Source: Armatimonadota bacterium (lineage in GTDB: Bacteria > Armatimonadota > SYMT01). Taken from it: 64,000 nt of DNA. Both the position numbers and the translations under genes were made by a program. Location of the stretch: NCBI GenBank assembly GCA_041690135.1, contig JAWLHY010000006.1:230337-294336 (forward strand), given 5' to 3'. The notes under the pieces are model-generated. The model worked only from the letters and a program-made list of their open reading frames with translations, made no database searches and was not told the DNA's origin. This document shows, one piece after another, positions 1 to 8,253 of the stretch (positions are counted from its first letter, which is position 1; each line of letters begins with the position of its first letter).

Positions 1-112
1 CGTGCGGGGGGGCGCGCCGTGCTGCCCCCCCCCCCCCCGCCAAAGGTATACGACATGGGGAATCGAGAGGGGTGAGGCGTCGCGATTCCACGCAGCGACG
101 GCCCAGCCGCCT

Positions 113-415
113 CTACTCTTCTTCGCCTGCTGGAGTGCGACGCCGGCGCCCGCGTGGAGTTGGTTGCTTGGCTTCCACGGTTTGATAGAAGGCCCAATCG
201 TCCCAATCGGGGCGCACCTCTTTGATGGCCTGGACCGTCCACTTGGCGCTCGCAAACTGTTTTGCAACTTTTTCTTCGAGCTTGCCGACCTCCGATTGGC
301 TGTTCTTCAGACGGCGGATCTGCTGCCGCAGCTCGGATTGGCGCTGCTTCAACATTTCCATCTCTTGTTCGAGCGCGGAAACATCCACGCTGCTTCGACG
401 ACGTCCCCTGGGCAT
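113..415 (-). CDS. Small basic coiled-coil hypothetical protein (100 aa) with PRGRRR motifs at both ends
   Basis: ORF 113-460. GGAGG RBS precedes the ATG at 415 (MPRGRRR...). Heptad-like segment LEQEMEMLKQRQSELRQQIRRLK. Confidence 0.75.
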   Translation of the reverse strand: MPRGRRRSSVDVSALEQEMEMLKQRQSELRQQIRRLKNSQSEVGKLEEKVAKQFASAKWTVQAIKEVRPDWDDWAFYQTVEAKQPTPRGRRRRTPAGEEE

Positions 416-773
416 GTGTCCTCCGTTCTTGTTATTTTTTGGGCGAACCCAGTACTGCATAGCCGGGAAGATTGAATTCGCAAGAGTTCATCTTCAATCC
501 ATGCGAATCCCCGGCTATTATACAACGAACTCTTGAGGCTCGCCTTCCGAGAACTTAATCGGAGTTCAGTGCTTCCTTGCGCTGGCGAAAAGGTCTATTG
601 GATTCCCGGCAATTTATCTTCGCAGCCGCATTCAGTACAAAACGGCATCCGTGAAAACAGCAATACAGTCCGGAAAGCAACCCGGGTGGGTTTTGCGGTG
701 ACGGAAGCCACTGCTCCCCGCCGTATCCGGGGGCAACATGCCGGATAAGCCCTGCCAGCCGGGATAGAGGCAC

Positions 774-804
774 AAAAAGACCCCCCGGCAAATACCGGGA
801 GGTC
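774..804 (-). terminator. Intrinsic terminator downstream of tRNA-Glu
   Basis: Minus strand reads GACCTCCCGG-TATTTG-CCGGGGGGTC followed by TTTTT. Confidence 0.8.
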
Positions 805-808
805 GATA

Positions 809-881
809 TAGGGCGTACGGGATTCGAACCCGTGGCCTTCACCTTGAAAGGGTGACGTGATAACCGCTTCACTAACGCCCC
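809..881 (-). tRNA. tRNA-Glu (anticodon TTC), CCA not encoded
   Basis: Minus strand GGGGCGTTAGTGAAGCGGTTATCACGTCACCCTTTCAAGGTGAAGGCCACGGGTTCGAATCCCGTACGCCCTA. Acceptor stem GGGGCGT/ACGCCCT, anticodon arm TCACC-CTTTCAA-GGTGA, T-loop GTTCGAATC. Confidence 0.97.
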
Positions 882-891
882 AAGCAGGTTT

Positions 892-920
892 ACTATACCC
901 GAAAACCGACGGGTTGAGAA
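892..920 (-). promoter_or_regulatory. Sigma70-like promoter of tRNA-Glu
   Basis: TTCTCA (920-915), 17-bp spacer, TATAGT (897-892), 10 nt upstream of the tRNA. Confidence 0.55.
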
Positions 921-1216
921 GGGGGTATTCCGGGTTCTTTTCGGGCGCAGGATTAACTCCACATTTCGCCCGCCCCCCCAGGCGCGACGACGCCGAGCCT
1001 GCCTACGGCTCCGCGGACGGGTTTCCGCCGCGTGGTTCAGGTTACTTCACCGCGCATGGCACCGCGGCCCCTCCAGGCCTCATCTGAGCTGGCGTGAGGT
1101 TCGGCGGTTCACACCCTCCGCCCGCTCGCAGGCACCCGTGCCTCACCGTCCCTCCGGGGCTACGGATCTCGTTCTTCGCCGCGCTTGTGGTCCTGAGGTC
1201 GTGCGCCGGCGGCGGG

Positions 1217-1267
1217 TTTAAGCTAGCGTTAAGGTCCGTGCTGCTTTCCTTAATCCGTAGATAACCA
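1217..1267 (+). promoter_or_regulatory. Putative Pho-box array upstream of pstS
   Basis: TTAAG (1218), TTAAG (1229), TTAAT (1250), ATAAC (1261): two pairs at 11-bp spacing in a GC-rich background, resembling SphR/PhoP-type direct repeats. Confidence 0.55.
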
Positions 1268-1344
1268 GTACGTAGGACGGAGCGGGTACCTGAGTATCGC
1301 TTGCAAGGCACGCAACGTCTACAAAACCAAGAAGGAGAACGCAC

Positions 1345-2430
1345 ATGGGTGAACTCACCCGAAGAGGCTTGTTGACCGCGGGAATCGCCATCCTGTTCGT
1401 CGGGGGCTGCGGGCAGAACACCGAGCGATCCGCCGGCGGTACGGGCGACGGCGCGAACGGGCCGGGCCAGGGGGCTTCCGCGACGAACCTGCGAGGTACG
1501 ATCCAGGTTGACGGCTCCAGCACGGTATTCCCCATCACCGAGGCCGTGGCCGAGGAGTTCCAGAAGGCCCACCCCGGGGTGAAGGTCACCGTAGGCGTCT
1601 CCGGAACGGGTGGGGGCTTCAAGAAGTTCGGCGCAGGTGAGACGGATATTTCGAATGCCTCGCGCCCAATCAAAGAGTCGGAAGCCGAAGCGGCCGGGAA
1701 GAACACTGTCGAATTCATCGAACTTCCCGTGGCTTACGACGCCATCTCCGTCGTCGTGAATCCGCAGAACGATTGGGCCAACGACATCACCGTCGCCGAA
1801 CTTAAAAAGATCTGGGAGCCTGCGGCGCAGGGTAAGATCACGAACTGGAGCCAGGTGCGCCAGGGCTGGCCGGACGTACCCCTCAAACTTTACGGACCGG
1901 GCACGGATTCCGGCACGTTCGACTACTTCACCGACGCGGTCGTGGGCGAGGAGAAGGCGAGCCGCGGCGACTACACCGCCAGTGAAGACGACAACGTTCT
2001 GGTGACCGGCGTCTCCCGCGACCGGGGCGGCCTCGGGTACTTCGGGCTGGCGTACTATCTCGAGAACGAGGGGAAGCTGAAAGCCTTGCCGGTAGACGAC
2101 AATGATCCGGCGAACGGCGAAGGCGCGCAGATGCCGACCGTGGAAAACGTGGTTGCGGGCACCTACCAACCCTTAGCTCGCCCGATCTTCATCTATGTGA
2201 GCAAGCAGGCGGCGGAAAAGCCGGAGATTCAGGAGTTCATCCGTTTCTACCTGCAGAAGGCTCCCGAATTGACGACGGAAGTCGGCTACGTACCTTTGCA
2301 ATCGGAGGTTTATCAATTGGCCCTGGAGCGTTTCGATAAGCGCACCACCGGAACGATGTTCGCGTCCGGTGGGTCCCAGGTTGGCGCCAAGTTGGACCAA
2401 CTGATGAAGGGAAGCGGCACGGCCGAGTGA
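1345..2430 (+). CDS. pstS: Phosphate ABC transporter substrate-binding lipoprotein PstS
   Basis: Motifs [47 protein letters not shown]. Lipobox VGGC. AAGGAG RBS. Confidence 0.95.
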   Translation: MGELTRRGLLTAGIAILFVGGCGQNTERSAGGTGDGANGPGQGASATNLRGTIQVDGSSTVFPITEAVAEEFQKAHPGVKVTVGVSGTGGGFKKFGAGETDISNASRPIKESEAEAAGKNTVEFIELPVAYDAISVVVNPQNDWANDITVAELKKIWEPAAQGKITNWSQVRQGWPDVPLKLYGPGTDSGTFDYFTDAVVGEEKASRGDYTASEDDNVLVTGVSRDRGGLGYFGLAYYLENEGKLKALPVDDNDPANGEGAQMPTVENVVAGTYQPLARPIFIYVSKQAAEKPEIQEFIRFYLQKAPELTTEVGYVPLQSEVYQLALERFDKRTTGTMFASGGSQVGAKLDQLMKGSGTAE

Positions 2431-2462
2431 TCGTGGTCCCGCGGTCGTACTGAGTTCACCCC

Positions 2463-2506
2463 GCGAGTGCCCGCCGACCTGAATTTCCAGGTGGGCGGGC
2501 ACTCGC
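2463..2506 (+). terminator. Strong hairpin after pstS (terminator or mRNA stabiliser)
   Basis: 13-bp inverted repeat GCGAGTGCCCGCC/GGCGGGCACTCGC plus inner ACCTG/CAGGT. No U-tract. Confidence 0.55.
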
Positions 2507-2835
2507 CGCCTGGAGTGACCTGAATGGTGCTTCCGCGCTAGCATCCGACCGGAAGACACCAACACCGAGAGAGCTCAGGCGCGCGAACAGAACTTCCCAG
2601 GCCGAATAGGAGGGGCGCCATCCCCAATGGGTGTTAAGCCGCATTTAGTCAGGATGTCTTCCTCTCGATCTTGGGGGAAGTTATAATCCCCCAAAGGACT
2701 GGTACCGATCGATACCGGACGGCGCGGACCGGCTCATGCAAAGAAGCGAGCACCAGCACACGGAGCACCTTCCCGGTTAGAACACTCTTTGCGCGGGGTA
2801 GACCAGAGCAAACAATCACCACCAGGAACACACAC

Positions 2836-3630
2836 GTGCCCGGCTCTCTGCGCCACAATTTCGAACATCAGCTCGCCGAACTTCAAGATGACATCCTCCG
2901 GATGGGCAGCTTTGTGGTGCAGATGCTCTCCCTCTCGATGCAGGCGTTGGCGAAGCAGGATGTGGAGTTGGCCAACCGTGTCATCGGGATGGACGACACG
3001 GCCGACGAGATGGACCTGCAGATTGAGCACAACTGCATGCGCCTCCTGGCCCTGCAGCAGCCGATGTCGCGGGACCTCCGGGTCATCGGGACCGCGCTGA
3101 AAGTCATCACGGACCTGGAGAGAATCGGGGACTTCGCCGTCGACATTGCCAAAACGGCGCGTCGCCTCACGATGGACCCATTCTACAAGCCGGTCAACGA
3201 CCTGTCCCGCATGGCGGTTGCGGTCGAATGGATGGTGCGGGCTTCCATTCATGCCTACGTCGACCACGACCTCGATCTGGTTACTCAGGTCGTGGCGCGC
3301 GACGACGAAGTGGATGACTGTTATGATCGGATCTTCACCGAGCTGCTCGAGCGCATGGAAGAAGACCGCTGGCTGATTCGCCAATCTACGTGGTTACTCC
3401 ATGTCGCTCGGTTCCTGGAACGCATCGGCGATCACGCGGTAAACGTAGTGGAGCGAGTGTACTACATGGAAACCGGCGAGCTGAAGCAGTTAGCCCGGAG
3501 CCATCAGGCAGAACAGAATGCCCGCGAAAACGGCAAACATCGCCTCAGTCCGAACGGTGCGGACGGGGGCAGCTCCAACGGCATGCATTCAAACGGCGTG
3601 CACCTTCCGAAGCTGCCGGACCTCGATTGA
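2836..3630 (+). CDS. phoU: Phosphate signalling complex protein PhoU
   Basis: Motifs LALQQPMSRDLR, DLERIGDFA, FLERIGDHAVNV. Start taken as GTG 2836 after AGGA; the ORF track extends to 2671. Confidence 0.93.
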   Translation: MPGSLRHNFEHQLAELQDDILRMGSFVVQMLSLSMQALAKQDVELANRVIGMDDTADEMDLQIEHNCMRLLALQQPMSRDLRVIGTALKVITDLERIGDFAVDIAKTARRLTMDPFYKPVNDLSRMAVAVEWMVRASIHAYVDHDLDLVTQVVARDDEVDDCYDRIFTELLERMEEDRWLIRQSTWLLHVARFLERIGDHAVNVVERVYYMETGELKQLARSHQAEQNARENGKHRLSPNGADGGSSNGMHSNGVHLPKLPDLD

Positions 3631-3673
3631 ATAGCGGCGTGCGATTCGCCATCCGGTAAATCCCCGGCCACCC

Positions 3674-4828
3674 TCATCGTGCGGGGCGGGGAGCGGTGGG
3701 TCTCCAGGGCACCCGGTCGTAGCTTTCGTAGCGCACTTCCAGGTGGGGAGTTTCCAGGCGGATGTGACCCTGATAACGAGAGTCGAGCGCCGCTTCCAGC
3801 ACCCCGGAGGCGAGGAGCGTCCGCTCCACCGGATAACTCGGCTTCCCAGTCACGAACATCTCTTCGACGTTCAGGCTGAGGTAGCTGAAGTGCCCGTGCG
3901 GCGGACCGTCCTGCAGGTGCACCTCTGCGTTACGAATCTCCCCTTCCGTGTCAGCCGCGAACCCGAACGTCTGGATATACCCATTCAACAGGAACACAGA
4001 GGCGCGGAAACCGTCGAGGTACTCCACGATAAAAACGGCTGGGTTCTCACAATGGTCTTCGATGCGGCCGTCCGGTTTGTCCGGGATGGGAGCACAAGCG
4101 GCTTCCAGTAGCGACCGGGAATAGAGTCCGTGCTCCGCCGCTTCCCATACAGCCGCTCCTTCCAGACAGGTAACCGCGGCAACCCCCGTTTCCCCGCCCT
4201 GCCGCCGTTCGACCATACATTGCAGCACTTCCAGGGTATGGAACCCGTAGATATCCAGACCGGAAAACCCCACCGCCACGGCCTCGCGCATCGGGGTCCC
4301 CTTGTCGAACTCCAACCAGGGACTGCGCCAACCCACGACGGCTGATGAGCCGGCCATAAACGGCGCCCCCAACTGGCGTGCCCGGTCGTACATCCAGCGC
4401 GCATCGTGCCAATTGTAGGAGAGGTGTTTGTCGTTGAAGATGGGAACGGAACGCTTGCTGGTGGCCATGACCCCGCAAATCTGTTCCATGAAGTACTTCC
4501 GCGGATAGAGTTGCTGGTCTTTTTCATTCCAGGCGTAATCGCCATGTTCGCCGATCAGGAGCACCCCGTCCACGGCCAACTCTTTGCCGCCCAGGGTCAG
4601 GGCCTGAACGATACTGCCGTAGATCGGCACCCCGTATTCCTCGGAGATGCGACGACTCATGTCCGTATCCGGAAACTGGTCCACGTACATCGAAGCGATG
4701 TCGGTGCGGGCGGGAAGCAAACCCTCGTCCGTGGGAAAACCCTCCAGGAACTTGGTAACGATCACATCCGCGTGCGAGAGCGGCCGGTAGACGGTGAGAA
4801 TGGCGGCGATCCGCTTGCGTTCGGACAT
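3674..4828 (-). CDS. Conserved hypothetical protein, distantly Gfo/Idh/MocA-like
   Basis: 384-aa ORF. Motifs VDGVLLIGEHGDY, FNDKHLSY, YGFHTLE resemble a degenerate Rossmann oxidoreductase. Confidence 0.7.
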   Translation of the reverse strand: MSERKRIAAILTVYRPLSHADVIVTKFLEGFPTDEGLLPARTDIASMYVDQFPDTDMSRRISEEYGVPIYGSIVQALTLGGKELAVDGVLLIGEHGDYAWNEKDQQLYPRKYFMEQICGVMATSKRSVPIFNDKHLSYNWHDARWMYDRARQLGAPFMAGSSAVVGWRSPWLEFDKGTPMREAVAVGFSGLDIYGFHTLEVLQCMVERRQGGETGVAAVTCLEGAAVWEAAEHGLYSRSLLEAACAPIPDKPDGRIEDHCENPAVFIVEYLDGFRASVFLLNGYIQTFGFAADTEGEIRNAEVHLQDGPPHGHFSYLSLNVEEMFVTGKPSYPVERTLLASGVLEAALDSRYQGHIRLETPHLEVRYESYDRVPWRPTAPRPAR

Positions 4829-5271
4829 CAGTACTCCTTATGCATCACCAGAGTGCCGCGAATGAGCCGGCCCGCGTCGCGGAAGCGGAAGTTCGCCTTG
4901 AGGCGATTGGCCCGTACGTGCACCGTTCCCTGCAGCGTTCCCACCGTTTCCTCGGTGTCGCCCTTGATCGCGGCGCGAAACTTACTGCGCCCGATCAACT
5001 TCCCGTTGATCGGCAAGGGATAAATCAGACCGAAGTCCGAAAACAGGGTAAAGCCGCCCACGACCTGCCGTCCCCCGCCCGCATCTCCCGCGAAGTTCGC
5101 CTCAACCACGCCCGCATCGCGGCCCGTCGCGCGGAAGGTGCCGACCCAATAGCCGCTCATGTCATAGAGCGGGCGCGGCGCGGCGGCTACCGGTCGCCCT
5201 GCCTGTGCCACCAAGAACATGGCTGCGGTCAGAACGGCGCTCCCAAACCAGGCGCTGGAACGATACTTCAT
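4828..5271 (-). CDS. Secreted hypothetical beta-rich protein
   Basis: Signal peptide MKYRSSAWFGSAVLTAAMFLVAQA, GGAGG RBS, DMSGYWVG motif. Stop overlaps the next gene's start. Confidence 0.65.
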   Translation of the reverse strand: MKYRSSAWFGSAVLTAAMFLVAQAGRPVAAAPRPLYDMSGYWVGTFRATGRDAGVVEANFAGDAGGGRQVVGGFTLFSDFGLIYPLPINGKLIGRSKFRAAIKGDTEETVGTLQGTVHVRANRLKANFRFRDAGRLIRGTLVMHKEY

Positions 5272-5494
5272 CCGTGCGGCCTCCTGTACTGCCAATCACC
5301 AAGGTAGTTCGGGCCTGTGGGACAACCAACGGGCCGTGTTCATTATTCTCCCCGCTCCATCCCCGGCTCCTGCCTGTCACACACTTGCAACGGGACCGGA
5401 GCGCAAGGGAGTCCGGGGCATTGTATAGAATAAGCCGTTGGGCAGCCCCAGTTCGTATCGATCCTCACCCTGCCTCACCCGGAAAGTCACATCC

Positions 5495-6373
5495 ATGCAA
5501 CGCAGATCTCTCATACTCCTGGCTTTGGGCCTGGCAGCCGCACCCACCGTCCGCGCCGCGGTGCCTTCCGCCGCCGACAAAGGCGCCAGCATCAACTACG
5601 TCAACGCGCTCCGGAACGCCGACGGCGGATACCGGATGGGGGCAATCGACGCCCCTTCTCAGCTTGCCGCCACCAACAGTGCTCTTCGGGCCGTGAAGTA
5701 CTTTGGCGGAAAGCCGGGGAAGAAGAAAGCGACGGATCGGTTCGTGGAGTCCTGCTACGACCCCGCCACGGGAGGCTTCGCCAATGTGCCCGGAGGCAAG
5801 CCCGACGTTCGCTCCACTGCTATGGGTCTGATGTCCATGGCCGAACTGAAGGCTCCGGTCGAGCGAAAGGCGAATGCCATCACGGACTATTTCCAAAAGA
5901 ATGCCAGGGGGCTGCCGGACATTTACATAGCCGCGGCGGCTCTCGACGCGGCGGGGCTCCGACCGGCGAACCCCTCCGCGTGGGTAGCCGAATTTGAAGC
6001 GACCCGCAACGCGGATGGCAGCTACGGCAAGAGCGTATCGGATACTGCCGGCGCGGCAATCACCATTCTCCGGGTAGGCGGTGTATTCAAAGATCGGGAG
6101 AATGCGGCGCGCCAGTTAAAGACTGCCCAGAAGGCTGACGGGGGCTGGTCCGCAGCGGGTGACGCCTCCGACCTCGGCACGACCTATCGCGTGATGCGGG
6201 CCCTCCGGATGCTAAAGGCCGTTCCGGATGTGGACAAGGTCCGTGCCTTTGTGGCACGCTGCCGCAACGCCGACGGGGGATACGGAGCGTCTCCGGGACA
6301 GCCTTCTGGAATTGGCCCCACCTATTTCGCCTCTATCGTACTGCACTGGGCGGATGAGATGGCCCGCCGCTAA
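5495..6373 (+). CDS. Secreted prenyltransferase/squalene-oxidase repeat protein
   Basis: Repeated motifs RNADGGY, RNADGSY, QKADGGW, CRNADGGY. N-terminal signal peptide with RR. Confidence 0.85.
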   Translation: MQRRSLILLALGLAAAPTVRAAVPSAADKGASINYVNALRNADGGYRMGAIDAPSQLAATNSALRAVKYFGGKPGKKKATDRFVESCYDPATGGFANVPGGKPDVRSTAMGLMSMAELKAPVERKANAITDYFQKNARGLPDIYIAAAALDAAGLRPANPSAWVAEFEATRNADGSYGKSVSDTAGAAITILRVGGVFKDRENAARQLKTAQKADGGWSAAGDASDLGTTYRVMRALRMLKAVPDVDKVRAFVARCRNADGGYGASPGQPSGIGPTYFASIVLHWADEMARR

Positions 6374-6720
6374 GGGGTGCATCCGGTAAGTGCCAGTAAG
6401 ATTTTCCTGGCGCCGGAACACGTCCGGCGGAGCGGGTCGGGTCCCGTCCGGGCGAGCCATTGACAGCGGCACCGGTAGGGAACGTCTCGCCGCAGCGTTC
6501 CGCCGTCCTGGGGCTGAACCCGTTCTGCCAATGCGTGGCAGCACCGGCGCCGGTCCGGTTCGGTTTGGCGCAACGGGATCAGCGTCCCCGACGGCGGAAT
6601 GGAACGGCGTCACATTCCCTACTGTCCGGGCCACCGAGGGCACGTCATTGGCCCGGTAGCTTGCGTGGTGACTGCGATGCCACCTACGGAAAACTGACTT
6701 CCACTTGCTGGATGCACCAC
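6374..6720. mobile_element. MITE-like non-autonomous element 1 (347 bp)
   Basis: Terminal inverted repeats 6374-6407 and 6688-6720 (27 of 34 identical). Flanked by TAA direct repeats at 6371-6373 and 6721-6723. Long internal hairpin. No transposase. Confidence 0.7.
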
Positions 6721-6723
6721 TAA

Positions 6724-6902
6724 GGGGTTGGGAGAAGTATCTGAACAGTTTTTGACTACGCGCCACGAACCTGTTTCTCCTCGCATGTCACCGAGGCTTG
6801 CCGGAGTGACGGCGCCGGGTACCCACCGGGTACCCACGCAGTGGGTGGGGTGTCGGCCTCCCTCTGGGGAGGCGTACCTGCTCAGTTACTTGCACAGACC
6901 CC
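6724..6902. mobile_element. MITE-like element 2 (179 bp), more degenerate
   Basis: Inverted repeats 6724-6748 and 6878-6902 (18 of 25 identical, both start GGGGT). Flanks are TAA and TCA. Confidence 0.45.
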
Positions 6903-7128
6903 TCAGCCTATTCCCGATCCGGGATCGCTGCGTGCCGGAAGTCTCCGCCTTCGGGCCCCTTCCGGCTGCAGTGATTGCTCAGCGGGTGAGAGTTCCCGGC
7001 TCCGTTCCCGTGCGTTGAGCCATCCCACACACCCGAAGGTGTAGGTGCGCAGGATCGCGGCACCTGTTGGACGAAGTGGCAAGGGGGGCGCGCGGCACAT
7101 TCGCCTCCACGCGTGGACGGAACAGGGC

Positions 7129-8175
7129 ATGGGATTGAGACCGCATGGGAATCTCCGGGCCGTTATGGTCGGCTGCGGAAAGATGTCGGCCGCCTGGCTG
7201 AAAGCCGCCCGCCAGATCGAGGGTCTGGATGTGGTCGGGTTCGTCGATCTCGATGAAGCGACGGCCCGGATGCGGCGAGACGAGTTTCTGTACTCTGGCG
7301 CGGTCACCGGTACGGACCTCCGGACGGTGCTGGAGCATACCCAGCCCGACCTCGTCTTCGACTGCACGGTACCGGAAGCACACACCAGCGTCACGGTGAC
7401 GGCTCTCCGCCACGGGTGTCACGTACTGGGCGAAAAGCCACTGGCCGACAGTATGGAACATGCCCGCGAGGCGGTCCGGGCTGCAGCCGAGACGGGAAAG
7501 CTTTATGCGGTCATTCAAAACCGGCGATATGACCCGCGAGCACGGCGGCTGCGCGCCTTCATCGAGAGTGGAGCGTTAGGGCCACTGACTACGCTCCACA
7601 GTGACTTTTTCATCGGAGCACACTTCGGCGGATTCCGCGACCGGATGGAGCACGTGCTGCTGCTCGATATGGCCATCCACACGTTTGACATGGCGCGTTA
7701 CCTCACGGGCGCCGACCCCGTTTCCGTTTACTGTAAAGAATGGAACCCCGCCGGCTCCTGGTATGACCACGAAGCGTCGGCAGTGGCCGTGTTCCAGATG
7801 ACCGGGGACCTCATCTACACCTACCGGGGAAGCTGGTGCTCGGAGGGGCTCAACACCTCCTGGGAAGCCGAATGGCGTGCCATCGGACAATGGGGGTCCG
7901 CCTTTTGGAACGGTGATGACCAATATCATGCGCAGCGAGTACGTCCGGGCGCCGGGCCGGAGTTCCGGATGCCGTTGGACGACGTGGAGGTTCCGGACGC
8001 ACCCGGCGACACAAAAGATGGCGGGCACCTGGGAGTAATCCGCGAGTTTGTGGCCTGCGTGCGTACCGGCGGAACTCCAGAGACCGTCTGCACCGATAAC
8101 ATCAAGAGCCTCGCAATGGTTTTCGGGGCCATTGCCAGCGCTCGGGAAGGACGCGAAGTCCCCATCGAGTGGTAA
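7129..8175 (+). CDS. Gfo/Idh/MocA family oxidoreductase
   Basis: Motifs VGCGKM, HVLGEKPLA, LLDMAIHTFD. Start uncertain (7045-7165). Confidence 0.9.
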   Translation: MGLRPHGNLRAVMVGCGKMSAAWLKAARQIEGLDVVGFVDLDEATARMRRDEFLYSGAVTGTDLRTVLEHTQPDLVFDCTVPEAHTSVTVTALRHGCHVLGEKPLADSMEHAREAVRAAAETGKLYAVIQNRRYDPRARRLRAFIESGALGPLTTLHSDFFIGAHFGGFRDRMEHVLLLDMAIHTFDMARYLTGADPVSVYCKEWNPAGSWYDHEASAVAVFQMTGDLIYTYRGSWCSEGLNTSWEAEWRAIGQWGSAFWNGDDQYHAQRVRPGAGPEFRMPLDDVEVPDAPGDTKDGGHLGVIREFVACVRTGGTPETVCTDNIKSLAMVFGAIASAREGREVPIEW

Positions 8176-8253
8176 TTTCTGGAAGTCCCGCCGGCCCACC
8201 TATCGCAGCCTTCCGGAGGCAGGCCCGCGGAAATACCCCCACAGGATAGACCG

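Noticed and set aside
1-40. G7 and C14 homopolymer runs at the window start
   Set aside because: Could be a hairpin or low-quality sequence; no function can be assigned from the window alone.
2671-2835. N-terminal extension of phoU in the ORF track
   Set aside because: No PhoU similarity, overlaps a TATAAT box, and a better start with RBS exists at 2836.
6374-6720. tmRNA, RNase P, SRP or 6S RNA interpretation of the structured 347-bp region
   Set aside because: No TTCGAC or T-arm, no GAGGAAAGTCC, and no SRP GGAAG-GAAGCAGC motif. Terminal inverted repeats with a TAA duplication fit a MITE better.
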